A DNA stretch of 64,000 nucleotides from Macrostomum lignano (Eukaryota), in assembly GCA_002269645.1 (NCBI GenBank), contig NIVC01002866.1, forward strand, positions 1 through 64,000, in the 5' to 3' direction. Numbering within the stretch: the stretch's first letter is position 1; the number at the start of each line of letters is the position of its first letter. The notes below the pieces were generated by a model. That model saw nothing but the letters and a program-made list of their open reading frames with translations. It made no database searches and was not told the origin of the DNA. Both the position numbers and the translations under genes were made by a program. Shown here piece after piece: positions 62,905-64,000 of this stretch.

Positions 62905-63834
62905 TTGGATGCCTTTGAATGCTGTTCTGATTGAGGCACAGCCTTCGCGGCATAAATATATATTTTATCAGCATATATTGCATTTTTGGTGCTGTCTTTA
63001 AGAAGAATTGAAAATTTACTATGTTAATGGCATTGTTTTTTTGCAATTGAAATAATCGTCACTTGCTTTTTACAGTAGATTAGTTAGTTGTGTTTTGCAT
63101 GTTTGTCGGTCAATGAGTTATGTAGTTAGTCAGTCAGTCAGTCAGTCACCCACTCACTCAAGTCAGTCAGTCAGTCAGTCAGTCAGTCAGTAACTAAGAA
63201 GGTCAGTATGGAACCGGAATCTTAATCTTAATTTGATCTTGCAACGAGCCTAAAACTGTTGCTGACTCATGCCACGTGACTGGATGGAATTTCGCAGAAA
63301 AGACCCGAGGCTAACCGTGGAATTAACGGCAGAGAATTGCAACTTGGCACAGCTCTTAGTTGGAATTGACTATAAACAAATATTGCAGTCACTACATGGG
63401 CCTACCTGGCCGGGGAATGATTTGCACACAGTTGGGCACCTGCTGATCTATCTAGAGGCACAAATACATGTATTAAAAACTGCTTAACATGTAGACTGTA
63501 CTAGTTAACAGGTGAAACCGTTGTTCCACAGGTGTAAAGCTACTAATTAACAGGTGAAAGCAGAAGAAGTTCTCATCAAGCACAAGCGGTGCAGCCATCC
63601 AGCCCAACAGGTATCCGGTCCAAACATTCAGCTTTCTGTTTACACAAGTTCGCTAGTGCGACTGCTTGCAGTAAACATTTCTAATCAATAAGATAAACAG
63701 CCTTTTTCTTGAAATAGACGTCATTACTGATTTTAACTTTAATTTCTAATCAAGTCTGGGTGACTCATCATCGTTAAAAGTTGCACATTCTGTCACATGA
63801 CAATTGCGCAGCTGAACCTGCAGCAGAGGCAGGC

Positions 63835-63840
63835 TATAAA
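63835..63840 (+). promoter_or_regulatory. TATA box of the downstream secreted-protein gene
   Basis: TATAAA about 90 nt upstream of the ATG at 63925. Confidence 0.5.
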
Positions 63841-63924
63841 GCACCGATTCAAAGGCCTCTCCGCACCTCTTGCGCCTGGCCCTCAGTTCACTTTAACCCG
63901 CTCCCGTGCTGAACTGCCGCAACA

Positions 63925-64000
63925 ATGCGAGTCGCGCTTATAGTCGCCCTGCTGTCTATGGCACTAACTGCCAACACCAATCCAATGCCGGACATTGTCC
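63925..64000 (+). CDS. 5' end of a secreted protein (truncated by the window)
   Basis: MRVALIVALLSMALTANTNPMPDIV: a signal-peptide-like start in an aacaATG context. Confidence 0.55.
   Translation, partial: MRVALIVALLSMALTANTNPMPDIV

Overview
Eukaryotic (animal) genomic DNA with spliceosomal introns. It has GC-rich exons, minisatellite-filled introns and AT-rich segments upstream of housekeeping genes. The style resembles the flatworm Macrostomum, which is an inference and not proven. Gene models reconstructed by hand, in order: PP2C phosphatase (+), two tandem sigma-class GSTs (-), a C16orf89/UPF0764-like secreted protein (-, with a GC-AG intron), a near-intact LOA/R1-group LINE with RNase H (+), TMEM104 (+), and a large secreted, strongly basic protein with at least 8 tandem hemicentin-type vWA domains (+, spans an N gap). 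These are followed by a small secreted three-finger-like protein (+), MPV17L2 (+), eIF2D (+) and the start of another secreted protein. Also present: four MITEs with identifiable TIRs/TSDs, two tRNA-derived SINEs, LINE and Crypton relics, and about 20 tandem arrays. The best candidates for novelty are the poly-vWA cationic protein, intronic minisatellites that copy the splice sites they abut, the 6-Cys three-finger protein, and outron-like AT-rich leaders.
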